Origin: Candidatus Latescibacterota bacterium
GTDB lineage: Bacteria > Latescibacterota > UBA2968 > GCA-2709665
Direction: 5' to 3'
Length of the DNA: 64,000 nucleotides
Assembly (NCBI GenBank): GCA_965208835.1
Contig: OZ242358.1
Span: forward strand, 1,248,001-1,312,000
Under the pieces are notes generated by a model. It did not search any database. It saw only the letters and a program-made list of their open reading frames with translations, and was not told the DNA's origin. Below are positions 41,016-50,119 of this stretch, piece after piece (within the stretch, counting starts at the first letter, position 1; each line of letters opens with the position of its first letter). A program made the translations under genes and the position numbers.

Positions 41016-41057
41016 AAAACGGAAGGGTCGAAGCGCAAGATAGCGGCTTCGACCCTT
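41016..41057 (-). terminator. Conserved terminator-like hairpin, copy 1 of 3
   Basis: AAGGGTCGAAGC, 11-nt loop, GCTTCGACCCTT; followed by a T-run on the minus strand. Confidence 0.7.
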
Positions 41058-41236
41058 GTCATTTCGGACAATTGTCATTTTAGCGTTGAGGGCCGGATCT
41101 CTTGACGTCCCGGCACGATTGATGGGATCTCCGGCGTGGAAACGCGAAAGTCCAGGAGCTGATGATGCGGACGACGTGTCAATGTGCTGAATTGGACAAA
41201 CCGTCACGTTTGTTCCTCTTCTGCCGCAATGTACCT

Positions 41237-42685
41237 TCAGGGAATTTCGGCCTTTACGTGACCGGTACCGGTATCCCGGTGGTCCACGATGGGTCGTGGT
41301 GGCGTACCGAACGAACTGGACGCGGGCTTGCTTGCGCCAGCACTTCGTCGGAATTGTGACAGACCGTCCATGCTGATCGTGGCCCTGCCGCCGGTTGCTT
41401 CATAGAAATTGTACCACAAGTCAAACTCGTCTTCACCCGCGTAGCTGAACAAGGATGCGTCCCCGCTCAGGTTCTCCAGCACCCATCGGGTCGCCGGGTA
41501 CTCTTCAGTGATCAGAAGAATAACGGCTGCTCGGAAATCCTTCTGTGCCTGCGAATAGTCGGGAACACGCGGGCCTATCTTGGCAATGATGTCCTCGATT
41601 GTATATGTCCTTACTTGACTCGCGGAGAAAGACCTGAAATCCCAAGAAACCCAGTTTTCGTTTATGTCGGAAAGCGGCCCCCAGTCCTCAGCAACCGGCT
41701 TGGCGTCCTCCGCAACCCAGAGGTCAGGAACTTCAACCGGTGGTATGAATCCCGCCAGGTACAATTCGATAGGACTAAGGAGTTTGTTGTAGACCCCTAC
41801 GGGATTGAACTTACTAGAGCTGCGGTACCGCCCGTTCCCATGATCGACCAAGCCGGCAATGTCAAAACCCCCAAGAACGCCGTTGGCGCTGCTGAAGCCC
41901 CAATGCACGGTATATGGTCGAGGTACAATGTCAAGGAAGTTTGCCCAGCGGTGAGTTAATTCGTGCAGAAGCGGCCCCTCAATAAGATTGGTATACAGAC
42001 GCTCGGAATCCCAAAGGCCCCGGCTGAACTCCGTGACTACACCGTGGGAGAGAAATACCACACCCTGCAGTTTCCTGGAAGATCCCCAATCTCCATTGGA
42101 AAAAGACTCCAGGCCGATCCCTTGCACATCGTTTCTTACACGACTGTAAAAGGCTCCTACGAAAGCTCCGGAATCAAGCTGATCTATACGCAAGCTGGGG
42201 ATGAACACCAGAAAATCAAACTCATCGTTGAAATACCTGAAGAATCGCGCAGCATACTCGCGCAGTGGAAGACCACCTGCGGCAAGGTCCTCTTTTACAG
42301 GTAAGACAAATACGTTGTCATTATAGATCTCCGGATCAACAAAGGCGACGACCGGGGAGGGCGCCTCCTTGCCGAAGTTCTGCGCGAAGATCACAAAGTC
42401 TGAAAACCCGATTTCCCCATCACCGTTCAGATCATACGTGCCGTCGTACGTTTCGTCGCCCTGGCGCGCTCCGAACACGCCCGCGAAGATCAGAAAGTCG
42501 CCAAACCCGATCGTCCCGTCGCCGTCGAAGTCGAGAATAGTCGCGGTATCGTCGTCGTTGGCGTTGACGGAGATCGCAGATGCTGTCGCGCCACCATAGT
42601 CTGAACTGACGCCGATAGCGGCGACGAATATGGATGCCAATAGCGCGAGGGCGGCAGTACATATCGCGACCTTTAAGTAAGTCAT
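41237..42685 (-). CDS. Secreted protein: dockerin-like tag plus a different HExxH zinc metalloprotease domain
   Basis: Signal peptide, DFDGDGTIGFGDF...YDLNGDGEIGFSDF, then DEFDFLVF, LLHELTHRWAN, HW and IELYLAG. Confidence 0.85.
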   Translation of the reverse strand: MTYLKVAICTAALALLASIFVAAIGVSSDYGGATASAISVNANDDDTATILDFDGDGTIGFGDFLIFAGVFGARQGDETYDGTYDLNGDGEIGFSDFVIFAQNFGKEAPSPVVAFVDPEIYNDNVFVLPVKEDLAAGGLPLREYAARFFRYFNDEFDFLVFIPSLRIDQLDSGAFVGAFYSRVRNDVQGIGLESFSNGDWGSSRKLQGVVFLSHGVVTEFSRGLWDSERLYTNLIEGPLLHELTHRWANFLDIVPRPYTVHWGFSSANGVLGGFDIAGLVDHGNGRYRSSSKFNPVGVYNKLLSPIELYLAGFIPPVEVPDLWVAEDAKPVAEDWGPLSDINENWVSWDFRSFSASQVRTYTIEDIIAKIGPRVPDYSQAQKDFRAAVILLITEEYPATRWVLENLSGDASLFSYAGEDEFDLWYNFYEATGGRATISMDGLSQFRRSAGASKPASSSFGTPPRPIVDHRDTGTGHVKAEIP

Positions 42686-42963
42686 TGTGCGAACCCTCCT
42701 GTTCGCGATTCCAGGATTTCTACACGGCTAGAGTCATCGATGCCGCGGGAACGGTGCGACGCGACTCAACATTCCGGCTGGTCGGAGATTCTGGGTCCCG
42801 TAGAGTTTCTTTGGTTCTGTAATGGAACGAAATGCGGAATCGGCGTTCTAAATCGGCTGTTTGTCGAATCGTGCAGAGTTTGTTTCGAGCAACACGATAA
42901 AGATGCGTGATACGGGTGATGTCGAAAGCTCGGCAGAACGACGTCGATGCGGGGCGCGGACAT

Positions 42964-45285
42964 TCACCGGCTGATCGTCCGTACGATGCGCCCCTGCTGA
43001 TCTACTACGTAGATGGGTTCATCCATCAGCCCGGCGCCGCATTTAAGCTCATGCTCTGCCACGGCTGGCACGCCGGGATGCCCCGTCGCGTAGCCATCGC
43101 TGAACTCGATGCCAATGCCCCACACCCGTTCAGCGCCTTCCAGCAGACTGGTCCGGTCGTCTGCGGGATCCAAGAGCGGTCTCGCCTGGATTGAACCCTG
43201 GACGTCCGGAACGGCGTGCGTTGCGACGGCGGTCTTCGCGCCTGAAGGCACCAACGGCAGGGTAAATGGGTAAGCCTGGGAGACATCCACGCTGTAGCCG
43301 AGATCGGCCATGGACTGCACCGTGATCGCGCTGAGCGCCCTTCCCCCGCCAGGCGTCATGAGTTCAAGTTGGGATTCCGGCCCAAAAGACCCGAACACAG
43401 AACCCCTCCAGTGCGACCCATCCATCTTCGCCACAGGCACCTTCGCACCCGTGTAAGCCCGCCCGCCCGCGTCGTCGAAGGCCGCAACTGCCAGCCGGCC
43501 GTTGAAGTGCGTGTCGGCATTCGGGTCGTCCCAGGACAGGTTCTGACGGAAGCCGGTCTGGGCCCAGACCGGCCCGCCGAACCCCACAACGTGCCCGATC
43601 TCGTGAAGCCCTGAAATCAGCGAAATGGCGAAGCGCAAGCCGAACGCCATGCAGCCCACGACAGGCAGATGGGTCTCCTCGCGCAAGAGATGTGGCCGAC
43701 CCCACGCACCGAAGTATTGCTCGCGAGGAATGCTGGTTATGTAAATACGCAGGTCGTCTATCCGCTCCCCGGAAGGGATCGCGTAGGAATGATCGCCGCA
43801 CTGACCCGACAAGCCCTGTGTAAATGTATAGTCCGGCAGATCCTCTGTTATCACCGACATCCACCGCCGTGCCGCGAATCGGAGCACATTCTTCCGGGTC
43901 TCATCGAACTGGTTGGTGAGGAACACGAGCTCGATGTTGAACTCTCTCTCTCGCAACGGGGTCGGGTCGAAGAGTACTGTAACGCCTCGAGCCCGAAGGG
44001 CGGGAATATGATCGTTGATGGAGGTGAAGCTCAGGGGGTTTTCCCAAAGGGTCAGCTCTGTCAGTTTGGTCAATCCGGAAAGCGCCGTGAGGTCTGAAAT
44101 GTTTGTTCCGGAAAGATACAACCTTTTCAAGTCGGTCAATCCGGAAAGCGCCGAGAGTTCCGTGATGTTGGTCAGGAAAAGGTCCAGCTCTGTCAGTTTG
44201 GTCAATCCGGAAAGCGCCGAGAGTTCCGTAATGTTGGTTATGGAAAGATCTAACCATGTCAGTTTGGTCAAACCGGAGAGCGCCGAGAGATCCGTGATGT
44301 TGGTTGCGGAAAGGTCTAACCACGTCAGGTTGGTCAAATCCCCAATCGGCGAGAGGACCGTGATGTTGGTTTGGTAAAGGTCCAGCTCTGTCAGTTTGGT
44401 CAAGCCGGAAAGCGCCGTGAGGTCCGTGACGTTGGTTACAGAAAGGTCCAGCCACTTCAGGTTGGTCAAACCCCCAAGCGCCGTGAGGTCCGAAGCGTTG
44501 GTTCCGGAAAGGTCCAGCCACGTCAGGTTGGTCAAGCCGGAGAGTGCCGTGAGGTCCGAAATATTGTTGTCGTTAAGGGCCAATTGTCTCAGGTTGGCCA
44601 GGCCCTCAAGTGCCAGGAGGTCGGTGATATTGTTGTACCAAAGATACAGCCGTGTCAGACTGGTCAAGCCAGCAAGTGCCGAGAGGTCAGAGATGTTCGT
44701 TCGGAAAAGGTTCAATGATCTCAGGTTGGTCAAGCCCGTAAGCGCCGAGAAGTCTGTGATGTTGTTGTTCGATAGATCAAGACTCGTCAGGTTCGTGGCA
44801 GACTCCAGGCCAGACAAATCGTTAATGCCCGCGTCTCTTGCCTGCAGGTGATAAAGAGTTTTCATTTCGGCCAGGGTGATCGTCGCGCCTCTCGCCTTGT
44901 TCAAGGCCGCCTCAATCGCCGCGCGGAGGTTGACGTCGGGGATGACGACGGCCGGGGAGGGTGCGTCCTTTCCGAAGTTCTGTGCGAAGATCACAAAGTC
45001 GGAAAACCCGATCTCCCCATCGCCGTTCAAATCGTACGTGGCGTCGTACTTCTCGTCCCCCTGGCTCGCTCCGAACACGCCCGCGAAGATCAGAAAGTCG
45101 CCAAACCCGATCGTCCCGTCGCCGTCGAAGTCGGGAATAGTCGCGGTATCCTCGCCGCTTTCGTCGACGGAGATCGAGTGTGCTGTTACCGCACCACCGA
45201 CTGAATCAGCGCCGATTGCGGCGTAGCACACGACTGCCAGCAGCACGAGCGTGGCAATACCCATTACGCATTTCCAGACAGTCAT
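42964..45285 (-). CDS. Secreted protein: dockerin-like tag, internalin-type LRR, leishmanolysin (M8)-like metalloprotease; paralog of 4178-6679
   Basis: 13 LRRs of 22 aa (66-bp DNA repeats), HEIGHVVGFG...SHW...ELM, and tail CGAGLMDEPIYVVDQQGRIVRTISR. Confidence 0.9.
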   Translation of the reverse strand: MTVWKCVMGIATLVLLAVVCYAAIGADSVGGAVTAHSISVDESGEDTATIPDFDGDGTIGFGDFLIFAGVFGASQGDEKYDATYDLNGDGEIGFSDFVIFAQNFGKDAPSPAVVIPDVNLRAAIEAALNKARGATITLAEMKTLYHLQARDAGINDLSGLESATNLTSLDLSNNNITDFSALTGLTNLRSLNLFRTNISDLSALAGLTSLTRLYLWYNNITDLLALEGLANLRQLALNDNNISDLTALSGLTNLTWLDLSGTNASDLTALGGLTNLKWLDLSVTNVTDLTALSGLTKLTELDLYQTNITVLSPIGDLTNLTWLDLSATNITDLSALSGLTKLTWLDLSITNITELSALSGLTKLTELDLFLTNITELSALSGLTDLKRLYLSGTNISDLTALSGLTKLTELTLWENPLSFTSINDHIPALRARGVTVLFDPTPLREREFNIELVFLTNQFDETRKNVLRFAARRWMSVITEDLPDYTFTQGLSGQCGDHSYAIPSGERIDDLRIYITSIPREQYFGAWGRPHLLREETHLPVVGCMAFGLRFAISLISGLHEIGHVVGFGGPVWAQTGFRQNLSWDDPNADTHFNGRLAVAAFDDAGGRAYTGAKVPVAKMDGSHWRGSVFGSFGPESQLELMTPGGGRALSAITVQSMADLGYSVDVSQAYPFTLPLVPSGAKTAVATHAVPDVQGSIQARPLLDPADDRTSLLEGAERVWGIGIEFSDGYATGHPGVPAVAEHELKCGAGLMDEPIYVVDQQGRIVRTISR

Positions 45286-45534
45286 GATTCCATCCCCCTC
45301 TCGTGAGTCGGAGATTTCGATACGGCCAAAGTCTACGATGCTGCCTGAATGGAGAGACGCGGCGCTCTACTCTGCCGGGTCAGGCATGTTGTTACTGTAA
45401 GGTTTATTCGTTTGGTCATTGTTTGATTGTAGCCGTTATTGCGCACGGGAATCTTGCGAATCCATGCATCGGTAGTTACGGGGTCCTTCAGGATGCCCTG
45501 GACATCCGGGACTCCGTGCGACCTGTATACGAAT

Positions 45535-45630
45535 AAGCCATAATATAGTAACCAGATACATGATAATATAGTGATATATAGATATTTTTTATGATAAATA
45601 CGTGCCATCTATCCAATGCAGCATTTTTAA
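45535..45630 (-). promoter_or_regulatory. AT-rich tract, likely promoter region of the second protease cluster
   Basis: Strongly AT-rich island in GC-rich DNA; ATAATATAGT occurs twice (45540 and 45563). Confidence 0.35.
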
Positions 45631-45756
45631 TCGGCTCCGGAGGGGTCCGGCACCGCATCGCGGGCTGCCGACGCATACATCGGAAAAAAGACCCAATTGA
45701 GATGGGAAGGCGTGGGTACGGGTGATGGAGAATGGCCGGCAGAACGACCTGGAGGC

Positions 45757-45781
45757 GGGCAGACAGGAAAGTCTGCCCCAC
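45757..45781 (-). repeat. GTGG-type REP palindrome, copy 2
   Basis: Minus strand reads GTGGGGCAGACTTTCCTGTCTGCCC. Confidence 0.75.
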
Positions 45782-45923
45782 CCTCGGACCGGCTTCCTGA
45801 GAGAGTCTGCGCAGATCTGAGGGGACCACTTCGCGGATGATTCTGCGACGCATCGTGGAAGTAAACAGCTGCGGCCAAATGTAGCGAAGCCGCGATTTCG
45901 CAGTCGCTGGAAACGGCGTTCAG

Positions 45924-45967
45924 AAAAACAAGAAGGGTCGAAGCGCGCTTGTGCGGCTTCGACCCTT
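45924..45967 (-). terminator. Conserved terminator-like hairpin, copy 2 of 3
   Basis: AAGGGTCGAAGC, 11-nt loop, GCTTCGACCCTT; followed by CTTGTTTTT on the minus strand, downstream of the MNT-HEPN gene. Confidence 0.75.
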
Positions 45968-46021
45968 GAATCTGCCACCTACATCGGATGTATTTGGAAG
46001 CCTGCAGATGACCTGTCGTCC

Positions 46022-46837
46022 CTATTCGGTTCCAGACTCCTCTGCTGCGGTTGCGTTCAGCGCACGGATGCGGGCGATAATGGCTTCGACGGTCTCCTTT
46101 ACTGCCGATAGCAGCGCATCGCGGTCTTCGATGACCACATGCGCGTCTGCATAGCGGTACCGCACAGCGTACCGGGTCAGCCACGCCAGCTTCTCACCGG
46201 CCGGCGTGTGGATTTCATTGGGATGCTGTCGCACGATTGCGGCAAGCTTCGCAAGATCATGCGTGTTACGATAGTCGGCGTCGAGCGCCGAAATCCACCC
46301 TTTCAGCGCGTTTTCCATCGCCTGCTGTGCGGTAAACCCGATCAGTTCCTGAGAAGACCGGGAGTCTTCCACAAGGACTACCAGATCTCCGAGACTCCGC
46401 CGGGCATTGGCGACACGTTGTCGTATATCGGGCCAGTTGGACGGTTCCGGGTTGTCGTAGTCTACCTTGTCGCCATTCCCGTCAAAACCGTCGCGGACGG
46501 CCTGACCCGCCACGTGGTTTCGCGCCCGGCGACCGTCGTGGAAGGCTTTCTCGCCCAGGTGGACCAGATCGACGCCGATCAAGTCGCCATACAGTTCCTC
46601 CGCCTTGCGGTGGGCTGCCACGCTCGTGTCTTGATACCCCTGCCGATCCGTGGAGTCAGCGTCGGTGATGATGAGCAGGTCGATGTCCGACTGCGGGCTG
46701 TAGTCGCCACGGGCGCGCGATCCGAACAGGATGACCCGGTCCGCGTGGACCGCTTCGCTGACAGCCAGGGCGACGGCGCAGGCCTTCGGGTCGGGCGCGT
46801 TGCGTGTCGGGAGCTTTGGCGTCGTGTTCGTAGACAT
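46022..46837 (-). CDS. Fused minimal nucleotidyltransferase (MNT) and HEPN domain protein
   Basis: ILFGSRARGD...SDIDLLII (MNT) followed by GFTAQQAMENALKG...THDL...RYRY (HEPN). Confidence 0.88.
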   Translation of the reverse strand: MSTNTTPKLPTRNAPDPKACAVALAVSEAVHADRVILFGSRARGDYSPQSDIDLLIITDADSTDRQGYQDTSVAAHRKAEELYGDLIGVDLVHLGEKAFHDGRRARNHVAGQAVRDGFDGNGDKVDYDNPEPSNWPDIRQRVANARRSLGDLVVLVEDSRSSQELIGFTAQQAMENALKGWISALDADYRNTHDLAKLAAIVRQHPNEIHTPAGEKLAWLTRYAVRYRYADAHVVIEDRDALLSAVKETVEAIIARIRALNATAAEESGTE

Positions 46838-46908
46838 TCCGGTTCACACGGATGTTTTTCGTTCGTCTGGTTGCCGATCGGAGCCAGGGATTTGACTGAG
46901 GCCCCGGC

Positions 46909-48276
46909 TCAGCCCGTCCAGGGCCCGCTGATGGCCAGGGTGATCCCGGGCGATTGAATGTTGGCGTAGAGCGTGCGGCCGTCGGGCGAGAACGTGGCGC
47001 CGGCGAACTCGGACTCGTTGAAGGCGTTGCGGCCGAGCTTGTAGAGCCGCCCCTCCGGCGTGACGCCTACCAGATGGTTGTCCCCTCCGCCGTCCTCGCA
47101 GAGTACGAGGTCGCCCCAGGGCGCCACCGTGAGGTTGTCGCAGTTCTCCACCAGATTGCCGTCGTTGGGCTCGATGAACAGTTCAAGGGTTCCCGGCGCG
47201 GCGGTTTCGTCGGGTGTCCCCTCGTTGGGGCTCGGCTCGTAGCGCCACACCTGCCCTTTCTTCTTCTCGCCGCCGCTGGTGCATGCGAAGTAGACGGCCT
47301 CCCGGCCGTACCACATGCCCTCGCCGCGGGAGAAGCGGGCGGCGCCCTTGTCGAAGCCCTGGTCGCGCAGGTCATTTTCCGGTGACTCCACGTCCTCCAT
47401 ATCGACCCAGGCCGCGGCCAGACGGTCCCCGGGAGCGACGGTCTGCGACCCGTGGTTGTCCGTGTCCAGGCTCGGCTGGTCGCGGGCCATGAGCGCCTGC
47501 AGCCTGCCACCGGCCGCGAGACGTCCGGGCTCGTCGGGCAGGTAGCGGTAGATGAGACCGTCGCCGGCGTCTTCGGTCTGATAGACGATGCCCGTCGCCG
47601 GATGGACGGCCACGGCCTCGTGGTTGAAGCGGCCCATCGCCTTCAGGGCAACGGGTTCCGCCGGCCCCGTATCCGGTCCTGCCGGGACCTCGAAGTTGTA
47701 CCCGTGGTCCTGTTCGTGGTCGTCGTCGGCGCGCTGGGTCGTTTCCTCGCAGGTGATCCAGCTCCCCCAGGGGGTGAGGCCGCCGGCGCAGTTGCGCACG
47801 GTGCCTGCCAGGCTGAGGTAATGTTTCTCCAACTCATCGTTGGGGCCGAGTACGAAGGTCGTCGTCCCCCCCTGGGGCGGGTCGCCGTGGCCCCAGTCGT
47901 AGAATCGTTCCCGCGGTACTTTGCGGAGACGCTCGTTCTCATCGCCAAAGGCGCCGACCTTGCGGGCCCCGGCACTGAGTTCGTGGTTGCAGACCAGCAG
48001 GGTCCGTCCCTCCGCGCCGGGAAAGGCGGCCATGGCGTCGGGCAGGCCCGGCACCCGCAGGCCATCGTCCATCTCGTCGCCGGTGCGGGAGATCACACGG
48101 TAGGTAAAGCCCTTGGGCAGGTCGATGATCCCGCCCGGGTCCGGCAGCATGGGGCCGTAGCCCACGGCGATCCCCTCCCCAAGGGCCTCGCCCAAGACCA
48201 CGTAGCTCTGCAACCCCTGGAATCCAATGCTGACCGCGGCCGCCGACTTCAGAAACTGTCTTCTGGTGACTGGCAT
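46909..48276 (-). CDS. phoX: Tat-exported PhoX-family (DUF839) alkaline phosphatase
   Basis: TRRQFLK twin-arginine signal; NHE, NCAGGLTPWGSWITCEE, GRFNHEA, RGEG, CDN, CED and EFAG motifs. Confidence 0.9.
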   Translation of the reverse strand: MPVTRRQFLKSAAAVSIGFQGLQSYVVLGEALGEGIAVGYGPMLPDPGGIIDLPKGFTYRVISRTGDEMDDGLRVPGLPDAMAAFPGAEGRTLLVCNHELSAGARKVGAFGDENERLRKVPRERFYDWGHGDPPQGGTTTFVLGPNDELEKHYLSLAGTVRNCAGGLTPWGSWITCEETTQRADDDHEQDHGYNFEVPAGPDTGPAEPVALKAMGRFNHEAVAVHPATGIVYQTEDAGDGLIYRYLPDEPGRLAAGGRLQALMARDQPSLDTDNHGSQTVAPGDRLAAAWVDMEDVESPENDLRDQGFDKGAARFSRGEGMWYGREAVYFACTSGGEKKKGQVWRYEPSPNEGTPDETAAPGTLELFIEPNDGNLVENCDNLTVAPWGDLVLCEDGGGDNHLVGVTPEGRLYKLGRNAFNESEFAGATFSPDGRTLYANIQSPGITLAISGPWTG

Positions 48277-48348
48277 CTGCTCGTTCCTCCCTCAATAATG
48301 AATATACATAGATGGCGGCCTCCCCGCCGACGCTGAGGCCGTGGGACC

Positions 48349-49401
48349 TTATTGCTCGGTCTCCGTTTTCTTGTTTTCCCCGGTTCCCTGATCAATGCTC
48401 GTCTGCTCTTCGAGCCGTCGTTTCTCTGCTTTGCGTCTGTCCAGTTCCAGGATGGCATTCCGGTATTTCCCGCTGGATTTCCGGGCGTAGGCTTCCTGTA
48501 GAGCGGCGCGCGCCTGGTCGAAGCGGTCCGAATACATGCAGCTCAGTCCAAGGTTGTAATACGCCTTATGGACTTCGGGAGAATTGGAGTAGGTCTCCGC
48601 CGCCTCCTGAAAGACGTCGACCGCGGAATCCCAGTTATCCATCTGAACCAATCTGAAACCGCGTTCCAACTCCGGCATTTCCTTGTCGGTTTCAAACGAT
48701 ACATATACGCGTTCGGTATATGGCACGATCATCTGTTCCAGGGCCCGCACGATATCCGCCCGGCATGCCGCGAAGAGCCGCCTGCGATCCGCATTGTCGA
48801 TACTTGCCTTTGCCGGAGTCTTCCCCGAGGTTCTTATGGTCTCGCGCCTGGAAAAATTCCTGCTGGCCAATATCTCTGATGTGCGCAGATCCACAACTCG
48901 CAGTTGGACTTCTACTCGCGCGGTACCCCTGCGTTTGAATTCCCGCCCGGTGGTTCCTTTTTCTGTCTTTCTGTTTTTCTTCCTGACGTCTTCGTTGATT
49001 TCCTCTTCGTCGTAGTCGTAGGCCAGCAGGCCGCCCGAGATGAGGACGACGTTCCCATTATCGTTTTCCCGGCTGCGTCCGGCTTTCAGGTTTTCATAGT
49101 CGAGGAGTTTAAATCGATCGGACTGTGCGAGGGCCTGCGACATCTCGGCGGCGAATCGTCGGATCCAGGTGTCTCGAGATTCCACGCCTTGAAGATATTT
49201 CCCGAAATCGTCCAGTTTCGATACGAACCCGCTCCCCGCGCCCTTGATTTCACCAATTGCGATCCTGTCATAATCGCCCAGGTTGATTTCGGCTGGACGG
49301 GTGACGAGAATGGAGACGCTCCTGCTGGCACAACCTGAAATCCATCCCGTGGCGACAAGGGCTGACAGTACGATGAGATTGCGAGTGCACATTCTGCTCA
49401 T
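48349..49401 (-). CDS. Lipoprotein with a CsgG-like region and C-terminal TPR
   Basis: Lipobox ISG-C, VTRPAEINL, RVVDLRTSEIL and TPR-like AYYNLG. Confidence 0.75.
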   Translation of the reverse strand: MSRMCTRNLIVLSALVATGWISGCASRSVSILVTRPAEINLGDYDRIAIGEIKGAGSGFVSKLDDFGKYLQGVESRDTWIRRFAAEMSQALAQSDRFKLLDYENLKAGRSRENDNGNVVLISGGLLAYDYDEEEINEDVRKKNRKTEKGTTGREFKRRGTARVEVQLRVVDLRTSEILASRNFSRRETIRTSGKTPAKASIDNADRRRLFAACRADIVRALEQMIVPYTERVYVSFETDKEMPELERGFRLVQMDNWDSAVDVFQEAAETYSNSPEVHKAYYNLGLSCMYSDRFDQARAALQEAYARKSSGKYRNAILELDRRKAEKRRLEEQTSIDQGTGENKKTETEQ

Positions 49402-49465
49402 CGTGCTTTACTCCGATAGTCTGGACGATTCGTTGTGCCGGCGATCGGCCGCAGGTACGGGTTCC

Positions 49466-49508
49466 AAAACAAGAAAGGTCGAAGCGCTCTTCAGCAGCCT
49501 CGACCCTC
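49466..49508 (-). terminator. Conserved terminator-like hairpin, copy 3 of 3
   Basis: Minus strand reads GAGGGTCGAGGC, 11-nt loop, GCTTCGACCTTT, CTTGTTTT. The mismatches are G-U pairs only on the minus strand. It starts about 15 nt after the selenoprotein stop codon. Confidence 0.75.
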
Positions 49509-49523
49509 GTTTCCTGCGATGTA

Positions 49524-49760
49524 TCATATACGTTTCGCTATTTCGGGCTGGATTTCTTCATACTCGGGGAAGCGGCCTTCCTTGAGTTTGGAGAACGCGA
49601 GTTCGCCGTCGATGGTGACTTCAAAACGTCCGCCGCCGGCGGGAATCAGCGTGAAGCTATCGATGTCCTGCTTGAATTCTCTCAGCAGCCTGTCCGTCAA
49701 ACTGACGGTCTCGTCTTCGTAGCCTCAAGCCGCGCAGTATTCGATGTCGATTCTGGGCAT
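49524..49760 (-). CDS. Rdx/SelW-family selenoprotein (CxxU), 78 aa
   Basis: AAGGAGG precedes ATG 49760. Translation: MPRIDIEYCAA-UGA-GYEDETVSLTDRLLREFKQDIDSFTLIPAGGGRFEVTIDGELAFSKLKEGRFPEYEEIQPEIAKRI. The UGA occupies the position of the second redox residue. Confidence 0.92.
49694..49708 (-). promoter_or_regulatory. Candidate bacterial SECIS hairpin
   Basis: CCGUCA-GUU-UGACGG begins 16 nt after the UGA and has a G-U-leading apical loop. Confidence 0.7.
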
Positions 49761-49789
49761 GTGGCGCCTCCTTGACGCGTGCGGATGAA

Positions 49790-49974
49790 AGAGAAGAAAG
49801 TCGAGGAGAGAGTGGAGAGAAGTGAGAAAAGAGTGGAGAGAAGTGAGAAAAGAGAGGGTCGAGGGCCTCTCGCTTCTCTACCCTACCGCGGCTCCCGATC
49901 TGCATTTCCTCACTCCTCACTCCTCTTTTCTCTCTCCTGGCTCTTCACTCCTCCCTCCTCACTCCTCGCTTCCT
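49790..49974. repeat. Purine-rich and pyrimidine-rich heptamer-period tracts in inverted arrangement
   Basis: agagtggagagaagtgagaaa occurs twice in tandem, followed by CTCACTC-type heptamers. Confidence 0.7.
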
Positions 49975-50119
49975 AATATATCCCGTACAGCCATGATTGT
50001 CAATGTCAAGCCCGTGGTCTGGGTTCAATTGGGGAATCCGCTTGACCGTCGACGTGGAGTGGGTTAGATTGCAGCGGCATTCGAAGCGGTTGTCGGCAAG
50101 GCACGAAGGGAGAACTGCA

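Noticed and set aside
44040-44800. CRISPR-like periodic repeats
   Set aside because: The 66-bp period is in-frame LRR coding sequence, with no unique spacers or cas genes.
46896-48340. 8-bp direct repeat CTGAGGCC flanking the visibly GC-richer phoX gene
   Set aside because: Too short to distinguish from chance, with no terminal inverted repeats or transposase.
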